64,000 bases of DNA from the human T2T-CHM13v2.0 reference genome, Homo sapiens, in assembly GCF_009914755.1 (NCBI RefSeq), contig NC_060936.1. One strand, 5' to 3'. Made by a program: the position numbers and the translations under genes. Position 1 is the stretch's first letter. Every line of letters begins with the position of its first letter. Below are positions 17,301-31,000 of the stretch, one piece after another. The notes beneath the pieces were generated by a model. It saw only the letters and a program-made list of their open reading frames with translations. It was not told the DNA's origin and ran no database searches.

Positions 17301-20300
17301 TCCAACAGAGTTGAACATATGTTGAATGGGCAGTTTGGAAGCACTGTTTTTCTAGAATCTGCAAAGCGATATGTGTGAGGGCTTTGAGGCCTATGCTGAC
17401 AAAGCAAATATACACACATAAAAACCAGAAAGGAGCTTTCTTAGAAACTGCTTTGCGATGTGGGCATTCGTCTCACAGAGATAAATATTCCTTTTCATTA
17501 GGCAGTTTGGAAACTGTGTTTTCCTTGAATCTGCAAAGGGATATTTGGGAGTGGATTGAGGCCTACAGTGAAAAAGGAAATATCTCCTGATACAAACTGG
17601 AAAGAAAGTTTTTGAGAAATTGCTTTGTGACGTGTGCATCCATCTCACAGAGTTGAACATTTCATTGACCAGTTTGGGCACACTGTTTTTCCAGAATCTA
17701 AAAGGGGACTTTGTGAGTGCTTTGAGCCCTATGGTGAAAGTTTCTTTTGATTGAGCAGTTTGGAAACAGTCTTTTTGTAGAATCTGCAAACGGATATTTG
17801 GAGCACTTTGAGGACTATGGTGAAAAATGAAATATCTTCACAGAAAAACTAGAATGAACCTTTCAGAGAAATTGCTTTTTGATGTGTGCATTCCTCTAAC
17901 AGAATTGAACCATTCTTTTGATTGAACATTTTGGAATCACTGTTTTTCTAGAATCTGCAAAGGATATTTGGGAGCACTTTGAGGCCTATGGGGAAAAATG
18001 AAATATCCTCACATAAAAACTAGAAAGGGGCTTCCTTAGAAACTGCATTGTGATGTGTGCCTTCATCTCACAGAGCTAAACGTTTCTTTTCATTGAGCAG
18101 TTGGGAACTCTGTTGTTCTAAAATCTGTAAACGGATATTTGGGAACACATTGAGGCCTATGCTGAAAAAGACAATATCTTCCAACACAAACTAGAAAGAA
18201 AGTTTCTGAGGAATTTCTTTGTGATGTGCACATTCATCTCCCAGAGTTTAACCATTCTTCTGATTGAGCAATTTAGAAACGCAGTGTTTGTAGAATCTGC
18301 CAAGGGGTATTTTCATTCACCTGGAGGACTATGATGACAAAGGAAATATCTTCTGAAACGAAGTAGACAAAAGCTTTATGAGGAACTGCTTTGTGATGTG
18401 TGCTTTCCTCTCACAGAGTTGAACTGTTCTGTTGATTAAGCAGTTTGGAGCCACTGTTTTTGTAGAATCTGCAAAGGAATATTTGGGAGCACTTTGAGGC
18501 CTATGGTGAAAAAGGAACTATCTTCACATAAAAACTAGAAAGGAGCTTTCTTAGAAACTGCTCTGTGATGTGTGCATTCGTCTCACAGAGTTAAAAGTTT
18601 CTTTTCATTGAGCAATTTGGAAACTTTCTTCTAGAATCTACAATGGGATATTTGTAAGCACATTGAAGTCTATGGTGAAAAAGGAAATATTTTTCAACAC
18701 AAACTAAAAAGAAAGTTTCTGAGAAATTGCTTTGTGATGTGTGCATTTATCTCACAGAGTTTAACCATTCTTTTGATTGAGAAGTTTGGAAAAACAGTGT
18801 TTGTAGAATCTGCAAAGGGATATTTGGATTCACCTTGAGGCCTATAGTGAAAAATGAAACATCTTCTGATGATACAAACTAGACAGAAGTTTTCTGAGGA
18901 GCTGCTTTGTGATGTTTGCTTTACTCTCACAGAGCTGAACTATTCTTTTGATTGAGCAGTTTGGAAACACTGTTTTCCTAGAATCTACAGAGGGATATGT
19001 GGGAGCGCTTCAAGACCTTTGGTGAAAAAGAAAATATCTTCACATAAAAACTAGAAAGGAGCTTTTTTAGAAATGGCTTTGTGATGTGTCCATTCATCTC
19101 ACAGAGTTAAACATTTCTTTTCATTGAACAGTTTGGAAACTTTGTTCTTCTACAATCTGCAAAGGGATATTTGGGAGCACTTTGAGGCCAATGCTGAAAA
19201 AGGCAGTATCTTCCAGTACAAACTGGAAAGAAAGATTCTGAGAAATTTCTTTGTGACCTCTACATTCATCACACAGACTTTAACTATTCTTTTGATTCAG
19301 CAGTGTGGAAACACGTGTTTGTTGAATCTGAGAAGGGATATATTCATTCGCCTTGAGGCCTATGGTGACAAAGTAAATAACTTCTGATACAAACTAGACA
19401 GAAGTTTTCTCAGTAACTGCTTTGTGATGTGTGCATTCCTCTCACAGAGATGAACCATTCTTTTGAGAGAGCAGTTCAGAACCACTGTTTTTGTAGAATC
19501 TGCAAAGGGATATTTGGGAGCGCTTTGAGGCCTATGATGAAAAAGGGATATCTTTTAATTAAAAACTAGAAAGAACCTTTCTGAGAAATTGCTTTGTGAC
19601 ATGTGCATTCCTCTAACAGAGTTGAACTATTCTGCTTAGCAGTTTGGAACCACTGTTTTTCTAGAATCTGCAAAGGGATATTTGTGAGTGCTTTGAGGTC
19701 TACAGTGAAAAATGAAATATCCTCACATAAAAATTAGAAAGCAGCTTTCTTAGAAACTGCTTTGTTATGTGTGCATTCATTTCACAGAGTTAAAGGATGC
19801 TTTTCATTGAAGAGTTTGGAAACTCTGTTCTCCTAGAATCTGATAAGGGATATAAGGGAGGACATTGAGGCCTACGATGAATAGGCAATAGCTTCCAATA
19901 CAAACTAGAAAGAAATTTTCTGAGAAATTGCTTTGTGATGTGTGCATTCATCTCACAGAGTTTAAGCATTCTTTTGAATGAGCAGTTTGAAACCACAGTG
20001 TTTTTAGAATATTCAAAGGGATATTTGGATTGGCCTTGAGGCCTATCTTGACAAAGGAAATATCTTCTGATACAAATTAGGCAGAAGATTTCTGAGGAAT
20101 TCCTTTGAGATGTGTGCATTCCTCTTACAGAGTTGAACTGTTCTTTTGATTGAGCAGTTTGGAAACACTGTTTTTGTAGAATCTGCAAAGGGGTAATTCG
20201 GAGCACTTTGAGGCCTATGTTGAAAAAGGAAATATCTTCACATAAAAACTAGAAAGAACCTTTCTGAGAAATTGCTTGGTGTTGTGTGCGTTTCTCAAAC

Positions 20301-23300
20301 AGACTTCAACCATTCTGTTTACTGAGCATTTTGGAAGCACTGTTTTTCTAGAATCTGCAAATGGATATTTGTGAGCACTTTGAGGCCTATGGTGAAAAAG
20401 GAAATATCCTCACATAAAAATTAGAAAGAGCTTTCTTTTAGAAACTGCTTCGTGATGTGTGCATTCATCTCACAGAGTTCAACGTTTCTTTTCATTGAAC
20501 AGTTTGGAAGCACTGTTCTCCTAGAATCTGCAAAGGGATATTTGGGAGTGCTTTGAGGCCAATGGTGAAAAAGGTAGTATCTTCTGATGCAAACAAGAAA
20601 GAAAGTTTCTGAGAAGTTGCTTCATAATGTGTGCATTCATCTCACAGAGTTTAACCATTCTATTGATTGAGCAGTTTGGAAACACAGTGTTTTTCGAATC
20701 TGTGAAGGGATATTTGTATTCACTTTGAGACTTATTATGACAAAGTACATATCTTCTGATACAAACCAGACAGAAGCATTCTGAGGAACTGCTTTGAGAC
20801 GTATGCATTCTTCACACAGTGTTGAACCTTTCTTTTGATTGAGCAGTTTAGAGCCACCATTTTTTTTAGAATCTGCAAAGTTGAACCATTATTTTGATTG
20901 AGCAATTTGGAACCACTCTTCTTTTTCTAGAATATGCAAAAGGATATTTGGGGGCGCTTTGAGGCCTAAGGTGAAAAAGGAGATATCTTCACATGAAAAT
21001 TAGAAAGGATCTTTCTTAGAAACTGCTTTGTGATGTCTGCATTCATCTCAGAGTTAAACGTTTCTTTTCATTGAGCACTTTGAAAAATCTGTTCTCCTAG
21101 AATCTGCAAGGGGATATTTGGGGGCACTTTGAGGCCTATGGTGAAAAAGGCAACATCAACAAGATAGAAAGTTTCTGAGAAATTGCTTTGTGAAGTGTGT
21201 ATTCATCTCACAGTGTTTAAACTTTCTTTTGTTTGAGCAGATTGGAAACACAGTGTTTGTAGAATCTGTGAGGGGATATTTGGGTTTACCTTGAGGCCTT
21301 TTGTGACAAAGGATGCATCTTCTGATGCAAACTAGACAGAAGCTTTCTTTGGATGCATTCATTCCTCTCACAGAATTGAACCTTTCGTTTGATTGAGCTG
21401 TTTGGAGACACTGTTTTTGTAGAATCTGCAAAGGGCTATTTGGGAGTGCTTTGAGGTGTATGGTGAAAAAGGAAATTTCCCCACATTAAAACTGAAAGGA
21501 GCTTTCTTAGAAACTGATTTGTGATGTGTCCATTCATCTCACAGAGTTAAACCTTTCTTTTTACTTAACTGTTTGGAAACTCTGTTCTTCTAGACTCTGT
21601 AAAGGGATATTTGGGAGCACATTGAGGTCTATGGTGAAGAAGGAAATATTTTCACATAAAAACTAGAAAGAACCTTTCTGATAAATTGCTTTGTGATGGG
21701 TGCATTCCCCTAACAGAGTTGAACCATTCTGTTTATTGAGAAATTTGGAACCACTGTTTTTCTAGAATCTGAAAAGGGATATTTCTGAGTGCTTTGAGGC
21801 CTATGGTGAGAAAGGAAATATACTCACATAAAAACCAGAGAGGAGCTTTCTTAGAAACTGCTTTGTGATTTGTCCATTCATCTTACAGAGTTAAATATTT
21901 CTTTTCATTTAGAAGTTTGGAAAATCTGTTCTTCTAGAATCTGTGAAGGGATATTTGGGAGGTCATTGAGGATCATGGTGAAAAAAGAAATATCTTCCGA
22001 TACAAACTGGAAAGAAAGTTTCTGAGAAATTGCTTTGGGATGTGTGCATTCATCTCTCAGAGTTTAACCTTTCTTTTGATTGAGTAGTTTGGAAACACAG
22101 TGTTTGTAGAATCTACAAAGGGATATTTGGATACCCTTAGAGGCCTATGGTGACAAAGGAAATATCTTCTGATACACACTGTACAGAAGCTTTTGGGGAA
22201 ACTGCTTTGAGATGTGTGCATTACTCTCACAGAGTTGAACCATTCTTTTGATTGAGCAGTTTGGAAACATTTGGGAGCGTTTTGAGGCCTATGGTGAAAA
22301 ACGAGGTATTTTCAGATAAAAACTGGAAAGAACCTCTCTGAGAAATTGCTTTGTGATGTGTGCATTCTTATAACAGAGTTGAACCATTCTTTTGATTGAG
22401 CAGTTTGGAACAACTGTTTTTCTACAATGTGCAGATGGATATTTGTGAGTGCTTTGAAGCCTACAGTGAAAAACAAAATATCCCCACACAAAAACCAGAA
22501 AGGAGATTTCTTAGAGACTACTTTCTGATGTGAGCATTCATCTCACAGAGTTAAACATTTCTTTTCATTGAGCAGTTTGGAAACTCTGTTCTCCTAGAAT
22601 CTGCAAAGGGATATTTAGGAGTGCTTTGAGGCCTATGTTGAAAAAGGAAATATCTTCCGATACAAACTAGAAAAAAAGTTTCTGAAAAAATTTCTTTGTG
22701 ATGTCTGCATTGACCTCACAGAGTTTAACAATTCTTTTGATGGAGCAGTTTGGAAACACAGTGTTTGTAGAATCTGCAAAGTGATATTTGGATTCCCCTT
22801 GAGGCCTATGGTGACAAAGGAAATATCTTCACATAAAAACTAGATAGAACCTTTCTGAGAAATTGCTTAGTGATGTTTGCATTCCTCTAACAGACTTCAA
22901 CCACTCTGTTGATTGAGAATTTTGAAACCACTGTTGTTCTGGAATCTGCAAAGGGATATTTGTGAGTGCTTTGAGACCTATGGTGAAAAAGGAAATATCC
23001 TCACATTAAAATTAGAAAGGAGCTTTCTTAGAAACTGCTTTGTGATGTGTGCATTCATCTCACAGAGTTAAACGTTTCTTTTCATTGAGCAGTTTGGAAA
23101 CACTTCTCCTAGAATCTGCAAAGGGGTACGTGGGAGTGCATTGAGGCCTATGGTGAAAAAGGCAATATCTTCCAATACAAACTGGAAAGAAAGTATCTGA
23201 GAAATTACATTGTGATATGTGCATTTATCTCAGCAAGTTTAACCATTCTTTTCATTGAGCAGTTTGGAAACACTGTCTTTTTAGAACCTGCGATGGGATG

Positions 23301-25042
23301 TTTTGATTTGCCTTGAGGCCTATGGTGACAAAAGGCATATCTTCTGATACAAACTAGACAGAAGCTTTCTGAGGAACTACTTTGAGATGTGTGCATTCCT
23401 CTCACAGAGTTGTACCATTATTTTGGTTGAGCAGTTTGGAGCCACTGTTTTTGTAGAATCTGCAAAGGAATATTTGGGAGCACTTTGAGGTCTATGGTGA
23501 AAAAGGAAATATTCTCACATAAAAACTGAAAGGAGCTTTCTTAGAAACTGCTTTGTGATGTGTCCATTCATCTCACAGAGTTAAACGTTTCTTTTCATTC
23601 AGAAGTTTGGAAACTCTCTTCTTCTAGGATCTGCAAAGGGATATTTGGGAGCACATTGACGATTATGGTGAAAAAGGAAATATCTTCTAATAAAAACTAC
23701 AAAGAACCTTTATGAGAAATTGCCTTATGATGTGTGCATGCCTCTAACAGTGGTGAACCTTTCTGTTGATTGAGCATTTTGGAACCACTGTTTTTCTCCA
23801 ATCTGCAAGGGGATATTTGTGAGTGCTTTGAGGCCTATGGTGAAAAATCAAATATCATCACACAAAAATTAGAAAGGAGCTTTCTTAGAAACTGCTTTTT
23901 GATGTGTACTTTCATCTCACTGAGTTAAACCTTTCTTTTCATTGAGCAGTTTGGAAACTGTGTTTTCCTAGAATATGCAAAGTGATATTTGGGAGCACTT
24001 TGATGATTATGGTGAAAAAGGAAATATCTTCTAATAAAAACTAGAAAGAATCTTTGTGAGAAATTGCTTTGTGATGTGTGCATTAGTCTAACAGAATTGA
24101 ACCATTATGTTGATTGAGCAGTTTGGAAACACTGTTTTTCTAGAATCTGCAAAGGGATATTTGTGAGCGCTTTGAGGCCTATGGTGAAAAGGGAAATATC
24201 CTCACATAAAAACTAGAAAGCTTTCTTAGAGACTGCTTTGTGGTGTATGCATTTATCTCACAGAATTAAACGTTTCCTTTCATTGAACAGTTTGGAAACT
24301 CTGTTTTCCTAGCATCTGCAAAGGGATATTTGGGAGGACGTTGAGGACTATGGTGAAAAAAGCAATATCTTCCAAAACAAACAAGAAAAAAATTCTGAGA
24401 AATTACTTTGTGATGAGTGCATTTACCTCACAGAGTTTAACTTTCTTTTGATTGAGCAGTTTGGAAACAAAGTGGTTTTAGAACATGTGAAGGGATATTT
24501 GGAATCACTTTGAGGCCTATGGTGACAAAGGAAAGATCTTCTATACAAACTAGGCAGAAGTTTTCTGAGGAACTGCTTTGAGATGTGTGCATTCCTCTCA
24601 CAGAGTTGAACCTTTCTCTTGATTTAGCATTTTTTAGCCACTGTTTTTGTAGAATCTGAAAAATGATATTTGGTAGTGCTTTCAGGCCTGTGGTGAAAAA
24701 GGAAATATCTTCAAATAAAAACTAGAAAGGAGCTTTATAAGAAACTGCTTTGTAATGCATGGATTGATCTCACATAGGTAAACATTCCTTTTCATTGAGC
24801 AATTTGGAAACTCTGTTCTCCTAGAATCTACAAAGGGATATTTTGGGGTGCCTGAGGCCTATGGTGAAAATGGTACACTCTTCCAATGCAAACTAGAAAG
24901 ATTCTGAGAAACTGCTTTGTGATGTGTGCATTCATCTCACAGAGTTTAACCATTCTTTTTATTAAGCAGTTTGGAAACACAGTGTTTGTAGAATCTGTGA
25001 AGGGATATTTGAATTCACCTTGAGGCTTATGTTGACAAAGGA
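11301..25042 (+). repeat. Alpha-satellite block A2 (related to A1, different diagnostic variants)
   Basis: New recurrent variants TGGTGACAAAGGAAAT, GAAAGAAAGTTTCTGAGAAATTG, GAACCTTTCTGAGAAATT and TTCTGAGGAACTG; the A1 markers disappear. Confidence 0.9.
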
Positions 25043-28000
25043 CACAAATGTCCCCTTTGCAGTTTCTACAAAAACAGTGTTTCCAAACTGCTGAATCAAA
25101 ATAAAGGTGTAACTCTGTTAGATGAATGCACACATCACAAAGCAGTTTCTCAGAAAGCTTCTGTCTAGTTCTTCTCTGAAGATATTTCCTATTCCACCAT
25201 AGGCCTCGATGTGCTCCCAAATATACCTTCACAGATTATACAAAAACAGTGTTCCCAAACAGTTCCATCAAAAGAAGGACTTAACTCTGTGAGACGAATG
25301 CACACATCAGAAAGCAGTTTCTCATAAAGCTTCTTTCCAGTTTTTATCTGAAGATATTTCTTTGTTCACCATAGGCCTTTTCTCACTGCTTAGTATCACT
25401 TCACATATTTTGAGAAAACAGTGTTTCCAAACTGCCCAGTCAAAAACCAGTTTTAACTCTGTGAGTTGAACGTACACATCACAAAGCAGTTTTTCAAAAT
25501 CTTCTTTCTAGCTTTTATCTGAAATTACTTTTTCTTTCACCACAGGCACTCCCAAATATACCTTTGCAGATTCTTCAAAAGCAGTGTTTTCAAACTGATC
25601 AATCAAAAGAAAGTTTTAACTCTGTTAGATGAATGCACACATCTCAAAACAGTTTATCAAAAAGTTTTTTTCTAGTCTTTATTGGAAGATATTTCCTTTT
25701 TCATCATAGGCTTCAATCATTCCCAAATATTCCTTCACAGATACTACAAAGCCAGTGTTTCCAAACTGCTCAAAGGAAAGGTTTATCCCTGTGAGATGAA
25801 TGCACATGGCACAAAGCAGTTTCTCAAAAAGCTTCTTTCTAGTTTTTATCCATAGATATTTCTTTGTTCAACATAGGCTTCAATGAGCTCCCAAATATCC
25901 CATCGTAGATTCAAACAGTGTTTCCAAACTGCTCCATCAAAAGAAAGGTTGAACTCTGTGAGATGAATGCACACATCCTAAAGTAGTTCTTCAGAAAGCT
26001 TCTGTCTAGTACTTCAATGAATGTATTTCCTCTTCCACCTTAGGCCTTAATGCATTCCCAAATATCCCTTTGCAGATTCTACAAAAAGAGTGTTTCCAAA
26101 ATGTTCCATCAAAAGAAGGTCTTAGCTCATGAAATGAATGCACATCAGAAATCAGTTTCTCATAAAGCTTCTTTCCAGTTTTTATCTGAAGATATTTTCT
26201 TTTTTACCATAGGATTTATTTGCACTAGCTAATATCCCTTTGCAGGTTACACGAAAACAGTGTTTCCAAACAGCTCAGTCAAAAGAATGTTTTATCACTT
26301 TAAGATGAATGTACGTATCACAAAGCAGTTTCTCAGAAAGCTTCTTTCTAGTTTTTATCCAAATATATTTTCTTTTTCCACAATGGGCATAACTGTGCTT
26401 TCAAATATACCATTGCCGATTCTACAAAAACAGTTTTTTGTAACTTCTCAATCAAAAGAAATGTTTCCATCTGTGAGAAGAATGCACACATGGAATAGCA
26501 GTTTCTCACAAACCTTCTTTGTATTTTTTATCCAAAGCTATTTCCTTTTTCACCATTGCATAAGTGCCATCCCAAATATTCCTGGCAGATTCTAACAAAA
26601 CAGTGTTTCCAAACAGCTCAATCAAAAGAAAGGTTTAACTCTGTGACATGAATGCACACACCACAAAGCAGTTTCTCAAAAAGCTTACTTCTAGTTTTTT
26701 TCTGAAGATATTTCGTTTTTCACCATAAGCTTCAATGTGCTCCCAAACATACCTTCGCAGATTCTACAAAAACAATTTTTCCAAAGTGCTCAATCAAAAG
26801 AAAGGTTTAACTCTGTGAGGTGTATGCTGACAACACAGAGCAGTTTCTCAGATAGCTTCTGTCTAATTCTTCTCTGAAGATATTTCCTTTTCAACCATAG
26901 GCCTCAATATGCTCAAAATATCCCTTCGCAGATTCTGTAAAAACAGTGTTTCAGAACAGTTCCATTAAAAGAAGGAATTAGCACTGTGATATGAATGCAC
27001 ACATCAGGTATCAGTTTCTCATAACGATACTTTCCAGTTTTTATCTGAAGATATTTCCTTGTACACCATAGGCCTTTTTGCGCTATATAACATCACTTCA
27101 CAGATTATCCAAAAACAGTGTTTCCAAAATGCTGTCGAAAGAAAAGTTTATTTCTGTGAGGTGAATCCATCCATCAGAAAGCAGTTTCTTGAAGAGCTTC
27201 TTTGTAGTTTTTATCCAAAGACATTTCCATTTTCACCCTAGGCATCAGTGGGCTCCTGAATATCCCTTTGCAGATTGTATGATAACAGTGTTACCCAACT
27301 CCCAAATTGAAAGAAACGTTTAACTCTGTGAGAAAAATGCACACATCACAAAGCAGGTTTTCAAATAGCTTCCATTTAATTTTTACCTGAAGTTATTTCC
27401 TTTTTCACCACATGCCTCACGTATTCGAAATATCCTTTCTCAGATTCTACAAAAATAGTGTTTCCAATCTGATTAATCTAAAGAAAGGTTGACCTCTGTG
27501 AGATGAATGCACACATAACCAAGAAGTTTCTCAGAATGCTTCTGTCTAGTTCTTCTCCGTAGAGGTTTGCTTTTCCAACATACACATCAATGCACTCCCT
27601 AATATCCCTTTGTAGATTCTACAAAAACAGTGTATACAAACTGCTCAATCAAAAGAAAGTTCTAACTCTGTAAGATAAATGCACACATCAAAAAGCAGTT
27701 TCTCAGAATTCTTCTCTGAAGACATTTACTTTTCCACCTTAGGCCTCCATGTGCTACCAAATATCCCTTCGCAGATTCTACAAAAACAGTGTTTCCAAAC
27801 TGTTCTTTCAAAAGATGGACTTAACTATGTGAGATGAATACACATATCAGAAAGTAGTGTATCATAACGCTTTTTTCCAGTTTTTATGTCTGAAGATATT
27901 TCCTTGTTCACCATAGGCTTTTTTGCACTGCCTAATATCGCTTTGCAGATTTTGCAAAAAGAGTGTTTCAAACTGCTCAGTAAAAAGAAAGGTTGAACTC

Positions 28001-31000
28001 TGTGAGATGAATATGGACATCACAAAGTAGTTTCTCAAAAAGTTTTTATCCAAAGATATTTCCTTTATCACCATAGGCTTCAATGCGATCCCAAATTTCC
28101 CATCGCAGATTCTGCAATAACAGAGGTTCCATACTGCTCAATCACAAAACAGGTCTAACTCTGTGAATTGAATGCATACATTACAAAGAAGTTTCTAAAA
28201 AACTTCTTTCTTTTTTTATCTCAAGATATTTCCATTTTCACCACAGGCATAAGTGTGCTCCCAAATATCCCTTTGCAGATTTTTAAAAAAGTTTCCAAAC
28301 TTCTCAATCAATAGAAACGTTTACCTCTGTGAGAAGAATGCACACATCACAAAACTGTTTATCAGAAATCTTCATTCTAGTTTTTATCTGAAGTTATTTC
28401 CTTTTTCACCATATGCCTTACGTGCTCCCAAATATCCCATCGCAGAAGCTACAAAAACAGTGATTCCAAACTGATCAATCAAAGGAAATATTTAACTCTG
28501 TGAGATGAATGCACACATCACAAAGCAGTTTTTCAAAAGTTTCTTTCTAGTTTCTATGTGAGGATATTTCTTTTTTCACCATAAGCTTCAATGAGCTCCC
28601 AAATATCCCTTTGCAGATTGTACAAAAACAGTGTTTCTAAATGTTCAATCAAAAAACGGGTTTAATTCTGTGAGTTGAATGCACAAATCACAAAGCAGTC
28701 TCTCAAAAATTTTCTCTCTACTTTTTATCCGAAGATATTTCTTTTATCACCATAGGCTTCAATGCGCTCCCAAATATCTGTTTGCAGATTCTACAAAAAC
28801 AGTGTTTCCAAACTGATCAATCAAAAGAAAGGTTTAACTCTGTTAGATGAATACAGCAATCACAAAGCAGTTTCTCAGAAAGCTTCTGTCTATTTCTTTT
28901 CTGAAGATATTTCCTTTTCCATCATAGGTGTCAATGCACTCCCAAAAATGCATTTTCAGATTCAAGAAAAAACCATGTTTCCAAACTGTTCAATCCTAAG
29001 AAAGGTTTAACTCTGTGAGATGAATGCAAACATCACAAAGCAGTTTCTCATAAGGCTTCTTTCCAGTTTTTAGCTGAAGATATTTCCTTGTTCACCATAG
29101 GCCTTTTTGTGCTACTTAACATCACTTTGCAAATTATACATAAACAGTATTTTCAAACTGCTAAGTTAAAATAAAAGTTTAACTCTCTGTGATGAATGCA
29201 TGCATCACAATACAGTTCAACTCTGTGAGATAAAAGCACACATTGCAAAGCAGTTTCTGAAAAAGCTTCTGTCTAGTTTTCATCCTAAGGTATTTCCTTT
29301 ATCACCATAAGCTTCAAAGTGCTCCCAAATATCCCTTCACAAATTCTACAAAAACAGTGTTTCCAAACTTCTAAATGAAATGAAAGGTTTAACTCTGTGA
29401 GATGATGGTAAACATCACAGAGCACTTTCTCAAAAATCTTCTTTCCTGTTTTTATCTGAAGATGTTTCCTTCTTCACCATTGACTTCAATGCACTCCCAA
29501 ATATCCTTTCACATATTCTGCATTAACAGTGTTTCCAAACTGCTTAAACAAAACACAGGTTTAACTCTGTGAATTGAAGGCAACATCACAAAGCAGTTTC
29601 TCAAAAAGCTTCTTTCTAGTTTTTATCTGAAGATACTTCCTTTTTCACCATAGGCTTCAATGCCCACCCAAATATCACTTCACAGATTCTAGAAAAACAG
29701 TGTTTCCAAATTGCTAAGTCAAAAGAAAGTTTTAAGTATGTGAGATAAATGCACAAATCACAAATCAGTTTCTCAGAAAGCTTCTGTTTAGTTCTTCTCT
29801 GAAGATATTTCCTTTTCCACCATAGGCCTCAATGCACTGTGAAATATCCCTTCGCAGATTCTACAAAAACAGTGTTCCAAACTTTTCCATCAAAAGAAGG
29901 AATTACCTCTGTGAGATGAATGCACACATAAGAAAGCAGTTTCTCATAACCCTTGTTTCCAGTTTTCATCTGAAGATGTTTCCTTTTTTATCATAGGCTT
30001 TTTTGTGCTACCTAATATCGCTTCACAGATTATACCAAAAGACGTTTTCCAAACTGCTCAATCAAACAAAACGTTTAACTGTGTGAGAAGAATGCACACA
30101 TCATAGAGCAGTTTCTCAGAAAGCTTCTCTCTAGTTTTCATCTGAAGATATTTTCTATTTCAACATAGGCCTCAATGCTCTCAAAATATTCCTGCACCCA
30201 GAAATATCTTTTTGGCAATTCCACAAAAAAAGTGTTTCCAAATTTCTCAATCAAAAGAAAGGTTTAACTATGTGAGGTGACTGAACATATCACAAGGCAG
30301 TTTCTCTGAAAGCTTCTATCTAGTTTTTACAAAAGATATTTCCTCTTCCACCATAGGTCTCAATCCAATCCCAATTATCCCTATGCAGATTATACAACAA
30401 AAGTGTTTCCAAACTGCTCAATTAAAAAAATCTTTACCTCTCTGAGATGAATGCACACATCATAAAGCTGTTTCAAAGAACACTTCTTTTTTTATCTGAA
30501 GATATTTCCTTTTTCACCTTTGACTTCAATACGCTGCCAAATATTCCTTTGCAAATTCTACAAAAACGGTGTTTCTAAACTGCGTAAAAAAGAAACCATT
30601 AACTCTGTGAAATGAATGCAAACATCACAAAGAAGTTTCTCAGAAAGTGTCTTTCTAGTGCTTCTCTGATGATATTTCCTTTTTCAAAATCGGCCTCAAT
30701 AAGATCAAAAAAATCCCTTCACAGATTCTACAAAAGCAGTGTTCCCAAACTGCTCAATGAAAAGAAATGTTTAACTTTGTGACATGAACGCACACATCAC
30801 AAAGCAGTTTCTCAAAAACTTCTTTGTATTTTTTATCTGAAGATGTTTCCTTTCTCACCATAGGTCTCAATGCATTCCCAAATATACCTTTGCAGATTCT
30901 ACAAAAACAGTGTGTCTAAACTGCTAAATCAAAGGCAAGGTTTAACTCTGTGAGATGAATGCACACATCACAAATCAGTTTCTTAAATAGCTTCTGTCTA

